Origin: Candidatus Deferrimicrobiaceae bacterium
GTDB taxonomy: Bacteria; Desulfobacterota; Deferrimicrobia; Deferrimicrobiales; Deferrimicrobiaceae
Length of the DNA: 55,644 nt
Assembly: GCA_049688015.1 (NCBI GenBank)
Contig: JBAVJZ010000068.1
Coordinates: 1-55,644, forward strand
Direction: 5' to 3'
Below are positions 28,277 through 41,450 of this stretch, one piece after another; the first letter of the stretch is position 1, and the number at the start of each line of letters is the position of its first letter. The notes beneath the pieces were generated by a model. It made no database searches and was not told where the DNA came from. It was given only the letters and a program-made list of their open reading frames with translations. The translations under genes and the position numbers were made by a program.

Positions 28277-29248
28277 ATGAAAATATTCCTTAGCTGGTCC
28301 GATGAGACAAGTCGTGCGATTGCGTCGGCTCTGGGGGATTGGATTCCCTTCGTGATTCAAGCCGTGGAGACATACGTACCACCGGAAGATATCCGAAAGG
28401 GAACGAGATGGGCAAATGATGTCTCGAAAGAGCTGAACCAGTCATCTTTTGGAATATTATGCGTCGTCCCCGGCAACGCGGGAGCACCGTGGTTGAACTT
28501 CGAGGCGGGCGTTCTTTCAAAATCCCTGGATGTGTCAAACGTGATCCCCTTGCTCATAGATGTAGATAAGTCGGAACTGGACAATGGACCGCTTGCCCAA
28601 TTTCCATCTGCTATTTTCGAAAAAAATGGCATGTATCAGATCCTGGAGACGATCAACGAAAAAACAGAGAAGGGGAGATTAAGCGAGGATCGCTTGCGGG
28701 ATACCTTTGATATATGGTGGCCAAAACTCAAGCTGGATGTTGGATCTATCAGAAAAAAAGAGAAACCGGATGCAGAGGAGACGGAAAAGACGCCCGACAC
28801 CGATGAACCGAAAAAAACAGCCGACACCGATAAACCGAAAAAAACAACCGACACCGATGAACCGAAAAAAACAGCCGACACCGACGAACCGAAAAGGACC
28901 CCAAAACGGACTGTCGAAGCGGCAAGAAAAAGCGAGGAAATAAAACCACAAGATACCGGCAAGCCCGCAAAAAAGGTTGCCGCCAGGCCTGCACCAGAAG
29001 AAATAGAGATCGAAATGCTAAACGTGTTGTACGACCCTCCTGGATATACACCCCGAACAGCGGATGCCGTCGGCTACAAGGTGGATATCTCCGCTCAAAA
29101 AGCGAGAGAGCACCTGGACAAACTGGAGAGAAACAATTACGTCAGTGAACATTTGTACGTCGGGAGACCAAAGGAATATTCCCTTGCTCCGAAAGGAAGG
29201 GAATATTTGACCAAGCACAACCTGTTGAAGAAACGGCGGGACAGCTAG
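28277..29248 (+). CDS. TIR-domain protein with tandem-repeat linker and C-terminal winged-helix domain
   Basis: N-terminus 'MKIFLSWSDETSRAIASAL...DIRKGTRW...SSFGILCVVPGNAGAPWLNFEAGVL' follows the bacterial TIR/TIR_2 pattern, including the conserved Glu. Residues ~174-209 are four DTDEPKKTA repeats. The C-terminus 'EMLNVLYDPPGYTPRTADAVGYKVDISAQKAREHLDKLERNNYVSEHLYVGRPKEYSLAPKGREYL' has wHTH topology. Confidence 0.75.
   Translation: MKIFLSWSDETSRAIASALGDWIPFVIQAVETYVPPEDIRKGTRWANDVSKELNQSSFGILCVVPGNAGAPWLNFEAGVLSKSLDVSNVIPLLIDVDKSELDNGPLAQFPSAIFEKNGMYQILETINEKTEKGRLSEDRLRDTFDIWWPKLKLDVGSIRKKEKPDAEETEKTPDTDEPKKTADTDKPKKTTDTDEPKKTADTDEPKRTPKRTVEAARKSEEIKPQDTGKPAKKVAARPAPEEIEIEMLNVLYDPPGYTPRTADAVGYKVDISAQKAREHLDKLERNNYVSEHLYVGRPKEYSLAPKGREYLTKHNLLKKRRDS
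28796..28903 (+). repeat. in-frame 27-bp tandem repeat x4 (DTDEPKKTA units)
   Basis: GACACCGAT(G/A)AACCGAAAAAAACA(G/A)CC is repeated head to tail. It lies inside the TIR gene and generates spurious antisense ORFs. Confidence 0.9.
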
Positions 29249-29262
29249 GCAATCCGTATGTC

Positions 29263-30165
29263 TTACCTCCCCAACAGGTAACGAATAGCCCCTTCCGCTT
29301 CCGGGAGACGGAACCTGTACCCCGAGGCGAGAAGCTTCGCGGGCTCGACGCGGGCGCTGGCCAGCAACAGCTCGTCCGCCATCTCCCCGAAAAGAAGCCG
29401 CGCGGCGAACGCGGGAAGGAAGGCGACTGTCGGTCGCCCGAGTACGTGTCCCAGGGTTTTCGTAAACTCCCGGTTCGTCACCGGGTGGGGCGACACCGCG
29501 TTCACCGGACCCAGCAGCGAATCCGTGGTGACCGCGTGGCGGATCGCACCGACGAGATCGGGCAGGGCGATCCAGCTCATGTACTGCCGCCCGCTTCCGA
29601 TCCGGCCGCCCGCGCCCGCCCGGAACGTCGGAAGCATCTTCGCCAGCGCCCCGCCCTCCGCGCTCAACACCATTCCGATGCGCAAATTGACCACCCGCAT
29701 CCCTTTCCGGGCGGCCTCCCCGGTTGCCTCCTCCCAGTCCCGGCACACCCCGGCAAGAAACCCTTCCCCCGGCCCGCTTTCCTCCATAAGCACCTCTTCT
29801 CCCCGGTCCCCGTAATACCCGGTGGCCGACGCGCACACCAACGTGTCGGGAGGACGTTCAAGGCGCAGGAGGGACTCGCAGAGAAAGCGGGTTCCCACGA
29901 TCCGGCTGTCCCGGATCTTCTTCTTCCTCTCCGGGCTCCACGGGGCCCCCGCTATGTTCTCCCCGGCCAGGTGGACGACGGCATCCTGCCCCTCGAGCCC
30001 TGCGATATCCACGGTTCCGGTCCCGGGGTCCCAATGAACCGCCCTCCCCTTCTTCTCTTTCGGAAAGGACCGCTGCAGCCGGGTGACGATGTCCCCTCCG
30101 GCGGAAAGTTCCCCGACGAGGGCCGATCCGATCAGACCGCTCGATCCGCTGACAATCAGCTTCAT
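29263..30165 (-). CDS. TIGR01777-family NAD-binding epimerase-like protein (SDR39U1/YfcH-like)
   Basis: 'MKLIVSGSSGLIGSALV' Rossmann motif, 300 aa, with the characteristic DUF1731-type C-terminus 'RVEPAKLLASGYRFRLPE'. Confidence 0.85.
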   Translation of the reverse strand: MKLIVSGSSGLIGSALVGELSAGGDIVTRLQRSFPKEKKGRAVHWDPGTGTVDIAGLEGQDAVVHLAGENIAGAPWSPERKKKIRDSRIVGTRFLCESLLRLERPPDTLVCASATGYYGDRGEEVLMEESGPGEGFLAGVCRDWEEATGEAARKGMRVVNLRIGMVLSAEGGALAKMLPTFRAGAGGRIGSGRQYMSWIALPDLVGAIRHAVTTDSLLGPVNAVSPHPVTNREFTKTLGHVLGRPTVAFLPAFAARLLFGEMADELLLASARVEPAKLLASGYRFRLPEAEGAIRYLLGR

Positions 30166-30207
30166 CCCATCTCCCCATGCATGTCGGCGGGACCGGGGAT
30201 GTCCCGT

Positions 30208-31695
30208 TTATTTACGACGACCGGAGATTTTCCCCTTTTTTAACGATTTCCAGGCCTTGATCGATCGCTCGCGTGCCGCCGCATGATCGACGATGGGTTG
30301 CGGGTATGTCTTCCCCAGCATAACGCCCGCGCCGGATAAAACCTCCCCCGGGGCCTGCCACGGACAATGGATCCATCTCGCCGGAAGGTCGGCAAGTTCC
30401 GGCACCCATCGGCTCACGTAATCCCCCTTCGGATCATACTTTTTCCCCTGTCCCACGGGGTTATAGACCCGAAAGAACGGGGCCGCGTCCGCGCCGCACC
30501 CGGCAACCCACTGCCACCCCAGGGTATTGTTCGCCAGGTCCGCGTCAAGGAGCGTATCCAGGAACCATCTCGCCCCCTCCTGCCAGGGGAGAAGAAGGTC
30601 CTTTACGAGAAACGAGGCCACGATCATACGTACCCGGTTGTGCATCCATCCCGTTCCCCGAAGTTCGCGCATCCCGGCGTCCACGAGCGGGTACCCCGTC
30701 TCCCCTCGCTGCCACGCGGCAAGCGCTCTTTCGTCGTACCTCCAGGGAAACACCGCAAACTCCTCGCGCAGGGGCTGCTCGGGAGTCTCGGGGAAATGGA
30801 GGAGCAGGTGGTGCGCGAACTCTCGCCACCCGAGCTGGCGCAGGAACGCCTCCGCTCCGCGCGCTACTCCCCGCGAGGGATCGGAAACGGTTCTGGTACC
30901 TACCGCGTGCCAGACCTGTCGCGGGGAGATTTCCCCGAAGTGGATATGGGGGGAGAGGCGGGACGTGCCCGGGAGATCCGGCCTGTCACGATTCTCCGGG
31001 TATCCGGGAAGGGCCTCGTCCAGGAATCGCGCAAGCATGGCCACGGCCCCCTTTTCCCCGGGGCTCCCCGTCATGCGGATTTCCCCGGCCCCGGCCCGGC
31101 CGGCGTCCCGTCCCACATCGCCAGGGGCAAGGGAATCCGGCCAGGAAGACGGTCCGGTCACGGTCTTCGGCGCACGAAACGGCGAAGAAGGCCCGGAAAG
31201 GGACCCACACTTGTTCCAGAAGGGAGTGAACACGCGGTACGGACCACCTCCGGAGGTACAAACATCGCCGGGCTCGAAGAGGAGGGAGCCGTTGAAGATC
31301 TCCGTCTTCCACCCGTCGTTCTCAAGGCCCTGCGCCACTTCCATGTCGCGCTTCCCGTAACCGGGCTCGAAGACCCGGTTCCAGTAAAACCGGGAAGCGC
31401 CGGTTTGTCCGGCAAGCTCCCGGAGCACTTGCAGGGACGGTCCCCGGCGGATGACAAGCCGGGAGCCCGACCTCCGCAGGGTACGGTCCAGTTCGATGAG
31501 CGAACCATGGAGCCACCGTTGCGAACCCCTGCCGGCCGGATACCCTCCCTCTCCCTCCGGGTCGAAAATATAGACCGGAACCACCGGGACACCCCCGGCA
31601 ACGGCTGCCGAGAGCGCCGGATTATCGGAGATCCTTAAATCCCTCCGGAACCAGACGATTGCGGAAATCCGTTGTCCCGAGGCGGTCGGCGCCAT
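30208..31695 (-). CDS. phr: deoxyribodipyrimidine photolyase / cryptochrome family
   Basis: 'IVWFRRDLRISDNPAL', 'GTSRLSPHIHFGEIS', 'TGYPLVDAGMREL..TGWMHNRVRM', 'LGWQWVAG'. ATG at 31693..31695. The upstream ORF-track extension overlaps the SRPBCC gene. Confidence 0.9.
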   Translation of the reverse strand: MAPTASGQRISAIVWFRRDLRISDNPALSAAVAGGVPVVPVYIFDPEGEGGYPAGRGSQRWLHGSLIELDRTLRRSGSRLVIRRGPSLQVLRELAGQTGASRFYWNRVFEPGYGKRDMEVAQGLENDGWKTEIFNGSLLFEPGDVCTSGGGPYRVFTPFWNKCGSLSGPSSPFRAPKTVTGPSSWPDSLAPGDVGRDAGRAGAGEIRMTGSPGEKGAVAMLARFLDEALPGYPENRDRPDLPGTSRLSPHIHFGEISPRQVWHAVGTRTVSDPSRGVARGAEAFLRQLGWREFAHHLLLHFPETPEQPLREEFAVFPWRYDERALAAWQRGETGYPLVDAGMRELRGTGWMHNRVRMIVASFLVKDLLLPWQEGARWFLDTLLDADLANNTLGWQWVAGCGADAAPFFRVYNPVGQGKKYDPKGDYVSRWVPELADLPARWIHCPWQAPGEVLSGAGVMLGKTYPQPIVDHAAARERSIKAWKSLKKGKISGRRK

Positions 31696-31700
31696 CCCGT

Positions 31701-32180
31701 TCACCCGCTCCCGGTTTCGGGCATCGTCCCGAACGTTTCTTCGAGGAACGTTTTCCGGAACGAGAAAATTCCTGCGAGTTGCCGCCGGACGTGGCTTCCC
31801 CCCAGAAGTCTTCCGATACCCCCGAACGGAAGGCCGTAATGCACAAGATCCTCTATCTCGACCCCCCCGTCTACCTCGCGGAAGTGGTGCTGGTGATGCC
31901 AGAAACGGTAAGGACCGAAACGCTGCTCGTCCACGAACAGGTTCGGCTCCCGGACATGGGTAATCTCGGTCACCCAGCGGACCGGGATCCCAAGCAGCGG
32001 CCGGATCGAGTATGTGACGATCATCCCCGGAACCATCCTGGACGGTGCCTCGGAGGTAATTTCGATCCCCAGGGAAGGAGGAGTCAACCGCTTGAGGTTC
32101 CGCGGGTCGGAAAAGAAATCCCAGGCAACGGAAAGATTGATCGGGAGCCGTAAGACGGAATGAAGTCGGTCCAGCCTCAA
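31701..32180 (-). CDS. SRPBCC (START/polyketide-cyclase-like) family protein
   Basis: 'LPINLSVAWDFFSDPRNLKRLTP...FVDEQRFGPYRFWHHQHHF' is typical of the SRPBCC family commonly found beside TIGR01777 genes. Confidence 0.8.
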   Translation of the reverse strand: MRLDRLHSVLRLPINLSVAWDFFSDPRNLKRLTPPSLGIEITSEAPSRMVPGMIVTYSIRPLLGIPVRWVTEITHVREPNLFVDEQRFGPYRFWHHQHHFREVDGGVEIEDLVHYGLPFGGIGRLLGGSHVRRQLAGIFSFRKTFLEETFGTMPETGSG

Positions 32181-32450
32181 CCCACCCTCCTTCCGGGAGC
32201 GTCTCCAACGGGGGAACCCGCTCGTGCGTGCGCCCGCAAGCCGAAAAGGTCGATGTTCCCGGTCGTTATCTCGTCATGGTCGGGAAACACAAGGGGGAAC
32301 TCGCCGTTCAGGAAGCATCGTCCTTCGCCTACTTAAGACTCTGATTTCACCTCGATGATTCAAACGAGATCCCCCGCAAACAGACGATCAGGTCCCCCAA
32401 TCCTGGAGAAACGGTTGGGAAGGAATCTCATATAATAGGGATATTCAACT

Positions 32451-34649
32451 ATGGGACGAGGCAAAACAAAGACCGGGATTTGCTCCCACGTCCTGATGTC
32501 CCTCCTGCGCTGGTTCGATTCGTATGCCGGGATGGCTGGCCCATCCCGAAGGTGCCGGGCATTCGCTGCCGCGCTCGCGGCGTGCTTCGTCTCCCTTGCG
32601 GGATGCGTCCCGGGCCGGCCTCTTGTTACCCGCCACGATCTGTCGGTGCGACTCGATCCGACAAACCACTCCCTGGCAGCGGTCGACACCATGGATCTCC
32701 ATACCGGCGGCCAATCCTCGATTGCGTTCGCACTATCCGAAAACGCCACGGTGAAAAATGTTTCCGCGCAGAGGAGGGACCTGTTCTTCACGTGGGGGGG
32801 AGGGACCCTGCAGGTCGCTCTTCCTTCGGACATCTCCCCGGAAGGTACGATTTCCCTGACCATCGAATACCAGGCCTCGTTCCGGGATCACGTCCCCGAA
32901 AATCCCGTGAACACCGACGACCCAAGCTACGGGGTCCGGGCAGCGATCGGGGAGAACGGGACATTCCTTGGCGACTTTTCCCGGTGGTACCCCGAGATCC
33001 CCGGGAGCAGGCCCACGTTCCGGGTGCGGGTTGAAGGACCGGCGGGCTATGAGGCCGTGACGGCGGGAAGGCTCGTCCGGCGGGAGACGTCGGGCGACGT
33101 CACGCGGTCGGAATGGGAGACCCGTATGCCGCTCGAGGGCCTGTCCCTCTCGGCGGGGCCTTACCGGGTCAGGGAGGGAAGCGCCGGGGGAACGAAGATC
33201 TTTACCTACTTCTACCCGGGAACCAACTCCCTTTCGGGGAATTATCTCGAAGCGGTCGCCCGGTATCTCGCCCTGTACCGGAAGCTTTTCGGCCCCTACC
33301 CGTTCGACAAGTTCGCGGTAGTGGAGAACTTTTTCCCCACGGGATACGGATTTCCCTCCTACACGCTGCTCGGAAGCACGGTCGTCCGACTCCCCTTCAT
33401 CGTCGACACCAGCCTGGGGCACGAAGTGGCACATTCCTGGTGGGGAAACGGGGTCCTCGTCGACTACCGCCGGGGAAACTGGTCCGAGGGGCTTACCACC
33501 TATGTCGCCGACTACCTGTACAAGGAAAGGGCCTCCCCGGAGGAAGGGAAGGAGTACCGTCTTAAAATTCTTCGGGACTACAGCACCCTTGTTTCCTCCG
33601 GGAACGATTTCCCCCTTGCCTCGTTCACGGGACGCGACAGCCCGGCGTCGAGGGCGATCGGGTACGGCAAGGGGGCGATGGTCTTCCACATGGCAAGACG
33701 CATGGCCGGGGAAGAGGCGTTCTGGGAAGGGTTGCGGGACCTGGTACGGGAAAAAATGTTTCGGGAGGCGACCTGGGGCGACTTTGCCGACGCATTCGGG
33801 AGAAAATCGGGGATCGATTTCGCCCCTTTTTTCCGGCAGTGGGTGGAACGTCGGGGCGCCCCGGTCGTCGCTTTGAAAGAGGTCAAGGCGGTCCCCGCGG
33901 GAAAAGGATGGCACATTTATGGACGGGTCGTGCAGGAACCGCCGTATTTCGATCTCCGCATACTTTTGCGGCTGATGACGGATGAGGGAAAAACCGAATC
34001 CGTTCTTGACGTTTTCTCCGGAGACACTCCATTCTCCCTTTCTGCTGACGCACCCCCCCGGGAACTCGTCATCGATCCCGACGTGGACCTGTTCCGACGA
34101 CTTTCCCCCTCCGAAATCCCCCCCACCGTCAACGCCATCCGCGGGTCGACGAACCTTCTGGTCGTCGCCGCCCGGGAGCTCCCCGAGGTTTTTAAGAGAT
34201 CCGTGAAACTCCTCCTTGCCGGCATGGGGAAAGAAAACTTGACGATCCTTCGGGAAGAGGACGTACCCGCGTCGCAACTCGCGGGGCACGATATCCTCTT
34301 CATAGGACTGCCGACAGGGAGCGGGTACCTCCCTCCCCTGCCGGGAGAACTCTCCCTCTCCCCGGAGGCATTTTCGGTCGGTGGGAAAACCTTCGATTCC
34401 CGCGGGGACTCTCTTTTCATCGTGCTGCCCCATCCGGCGGGCGGGGACCGCGTCGCGGCGGTTTTCCTGTCCCATTCTCCCGAAGCCGCTGCGCAGGCCG
34501 CCCGCAAAATTCCCCATTACGGAAACTACAGTTACCTGGCCTTTTCGGAGGGGATGAACCTGGCAAAAGGAACCTGGGCTACCGATTCCTCCCCCACCGT
34601 GTATCAATTTCCCCGAGGCGAGATCTCCGGCAACCCCCTGCCGAAATAA
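32451..34649 (+). CDS. M1-family (aminopeptidase N-like) zinc metallopeptidase, probable lipoprotein
   Basis: Gluzincin motif 'GHEVAHSWWGN...(18)...WSEGLTTY'. Lipobox 'FVSLAGC'. The true start may be the ATG at 32532 (MAGPSRRCRAFAAALAACFVSLAGC). Confidence 0.8.
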   Translation: MGRGKTKTGICSHVLMSLLRWFDSYAGMAGPSRRCRAFAAALAACFVSLAGCVPGRPLVTRHDLSVRLDPTNHSLAAVDTMDLHTGGQSSIAFALSENATVKNVSAQRRDLFFTWGGGTLQVALPSDISPEGTISLTIEYQASFRDHVPENPVNTDDPSYGVRAAIGENGTFLGDFSRWYPEIPGSRPTFRVRVEGPAGYEAVTAGRLVRRETSGDVTRSEWETRMPLEGLSLSAGPYRVREGSAGGTKIFTYFYPGTNSLSGNYLEAVARYLALYRKLFGPYPFDKFAVVENFFPTGYGFPSYTLLGSTVVRLPFIVDTSLGHEVAHSWWGNGVLVDYRRGNWSEGLTTYVADYLYKERASPEEGKEYRLKILRDYSTLVSSGNDFPLASFTGRDSPASRAIGYGKGAMVFHMARRMAGEEAFWEGLRDLVREKMFREATWGDFADAFGRKSGIDFAPFFRQWVERRGAPVVALKEVKAVPAGKGWHIYGRVVQEPPYFDLRILLRLMTDEGKTESVLDVFSGDTPFSLSADAPPRELVIDPDVDLFRRLSPSEIPPTVNAIRGSTNLLVVAARELPEVFKRSVKLLLAGMGKENLTILREEDVPASQLAGHDILFIGLPTGSGYLPPLPGELSLSPEAFSVGGKTFDSRGDSLFIVLPHPAGGDRVAAVFLSHSPEAAAQAARKIPHYGNYSYLAFSEGMNLAKGTWATDSSPTVYQFPRGEISGNPLPK

Positions 34650-34709
34650 CAACAAGAGACGGCATTCCTGTTGCGACGGCGATGGAGGCCGCAGGCCGGT
34701 TTCCCCCTT

Positions 34710-35285
34710 TCACGGGGAGAATTCTTCCTTCACGGCGGCGTGGCGGAAGCAGGTAACCAGGTGATCGTTCACCATCCCCACCGCCTGCATGAAGGCGTAG
34801 CAGATCGTGGGACCCACGAACCGGAACCCCCGCTTTATCAGATCCCGGCTCATCGCATCGGATTCCCGGGACCAGGACGGCAACTCGGACATTGTCCTGA
34901 ACCGGTTTACGATCGGCCTGTTACCGACAAACCTCCAGAGGTAGGCAGCGAAGGAGCCGAATTCGTCGCGAACCGCAATTACGAGGCGGGCGTTTCCCAC
35001 GGCGGATGCTACTTTGGCGCGGTTCCGGATAATCCCGGAATCGGACGAGAGGCGGACCACGTCTGTATCGCCGTACCGCGCTACTCGTTCCGGGTCAAAA
35101 CCCTGAAAGGCCCTGCGGTAACCTTCTCGCTTCCCGAGAACCGTGCGCCAGGAAAGTCCCGCCTGCGCACCCTCCAGGACGAGAAATTCGAACAATTTCC
35201 GGTCGTCGCGGACCGGCACGCCCCACTCCTCGTCATGGTACGAAATCATCAATGGGTCATCACCGGCCCAGCCACACCGCATCAT
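34710..35285 (-). CDS. tag: DNA-3-methyladenine glycosylase I
   Basis: 'YHDEEWGVP', 'LEGAQAGLSW', 'FVGPTICYAFMQAVGMVNDH'. Confidence 0.9.
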   Translation of the reverse strand: MMRCGWAGDDPLMISYHDEEWGVPVRDDRKLFEFLVLEGAQAGLSWRTVLGKREGYRRAFQGFDPERVARYGDTDVVRLSSDSGIIRNRAKVASAVGNARLVIAVRDEFGSFAAYLWRFVGNRPIVNRFRTMSELPSWSRESDAMSRDLIKRGFRFVGPTICYAFMQAVGMVNDHLVTCFRHAAVKEEFSP

Positions 35286-35369
35286 TTATAACCCCCAGGG
35301 GTGGATATTTTCGTCGGGAACGATTAAAATCCTAGGTTCCCCGGCCAACGCCGGTCCCGGCCCAAACCG

Positions 35370-35378
35370 TGGCATAAT
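35370..35378 (+). promoter_or_regulatory. possible extended -10 promoter (TGgCATAAT) for gltBD
   Basis: TGGCATAAT lies ~36 nt upstream of the gltB ATG. No good -35, which is consistent with an extended -10. Confidence 0.35.
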
Positions 35379-35413
35379 AGTAGATCTGATTCTCGGCAAT
35401 AAGGCGGCAACTT

Positions 35414-39989
<4,576 letters not shown>

Positions 39990-39997
<8 letters not shown>

Positions 39998-41420
39998 GCC
40001 CACCGGGTTCATGGAATACCCGCAGGAGAAACCGCCGTACCGGCAGGTGGAGGAGCGGGTCCGCGACTTCCGGGAGGTGGAGACGTTCCTCCCGCAGGAC
40101 CGCCTGGAGATCCAGGCGGCGCGGTGCATGGACTGCGGCATCCCCTACTGCCACGCCATCGGCTGCCCGGTAAAGAACCGGATCCCCGAATGGAACGACA
40201 TGGTGCACCGGAAGCAGTGGCGCAAGGCGCTTGCCCTCCTGCATTCCACGTGCAACCTCCCCGAGATCACCGGGAGGGTCTGCCCGGCGCCGTGCGAACC
40301 TGCCTGCACCCTGTCGATCAACCTGCCCCCCGTCACCATACGGCACATCGAGCTGCAGATCGTCGAGATGGGATGGGCGAACGGGTGGATCCGGCCGGAA
40401 CCGGCGCCGCGGAAAACCGGCCGGCGGGTCGCGGTCGTCGGGTCCGGTCCCGCGGGTCTTGCCGCGGCGCAGCAGCTCGCGCGCAAAGGCCACGAGGTCG
40501 TCGTCTTCGAGAAGGCGGGCCGGATCGGCGGGCTCCTCCGGTACGGCATCCCGGACTTCAAGCTGGAGAAGTGGGTGATCGACCGGCGTCTCGACCAGAT
40601 GCGGGCGGAGGGGGTGGTCTTCGAGACGGGCGTGAACGTCGGAACGGACGTCACCGTCCGGTATCTGCGGAACGCCTTCGACGCGATCGTGATCGCCGCC
40701 GGGGCCACGGTTCCCCGGGACCTTCCCGTCCCGGGACGGGCACGGGCCGGGATCCACTTCGCGATGGACTTCCTGACGCAGCAGAACATGGCCAACGGCG
40801 GAGAGGTCATACCGGAGGACGGGAGGATATCGGCCGCGGGCAAGCGGGTGGTGGTGATCGGGGGCGGGGACACCGGCTCGGACTGCGTCGGCACGAGCCG
40901 ACGCCAGGGAGCCTGCGAGATCCACCAGCTCGAGATTTTGCCCAAACCTCCCGAGGAGCGGCACCTCTACAACCCCTGGCCGACCTGGCCGATCATCATG
41001 CGCGCCTCCTCTTCCCATGAGGAAGGGTGCAATCGTCAGTGGAGTGTGTCGACAAAGGAGTTTCTCGGGAGAAAGAACGGCGTGGAGAAGCTTGCGTGCG
41101 TCAGGATCGAATGGTCGGAGCCGGATGAAAACGGGCGGAGCACCTTCCGGGAGATCCCGGGCTCGGAGTTCGAGCTGGGTGCCGATCTTGTGCTCCTCGC
41201 CATGGGGTTTGTCCACCTGGAACACGGGCCCCTGGTTCGCGATCTGGACCTCGCGCTGGATTCCCGGGGAAACCTTTCCGTGGACATCGAACAGATGACA
41301 TCCTCTCCCGGCGTGTTCACCGCGGGGGACAGCATGGTGGGCGCGTCGCTCATCGTCCGCGCCATCGACCAGGGACGAACGGCCGCGGATAGCGTGCACC
41401 GGTACCTGGCGAAGAAGTAG
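39990..41420 (+). CDS. gltD: glutamate synthase small subunit (NADPH)
   Basis: 'RPTGFMEYPQE', 'RCMDCGIPYC', 'VAVVGSGPAGLAAA', 'VVVIGGGDTGSDC'. The GTG start overlaps gltB by 8 nt. Confidence 0.95.
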
Positions 41421-41450
41421 CGCCCGGTATCCCCCGGCGATATCCGGGGA

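Noticed and set aside
28796-28903. Regularly spaced 27-bp repeats that could be mistaken for a mini CRISPR array.
   Set aside because: The units are contiguous with no spacers, in frame within a coding sequence (DTDEPKKTA x4), and there are no cas genes in the window.
26888-29262. The low-GC islet as a classical mobile element or genomic island.
   Set aside because: No integrase, transposase, tRNA target or flanking direct repeats could be found. Only the composition shift supports horizontal origin, so it is reported as an islet and not as a mobile_element feature.
35370-35384. TGGCAT-N5-TAGA upstream of gltB as a sigma-54 (-24/-12) promoter.
   Set aside because: The -24 half is good, but the invariant GC of the -12 element is missing (GA instead). 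The same bases read well as an extended -10 (TGgCATAAT).
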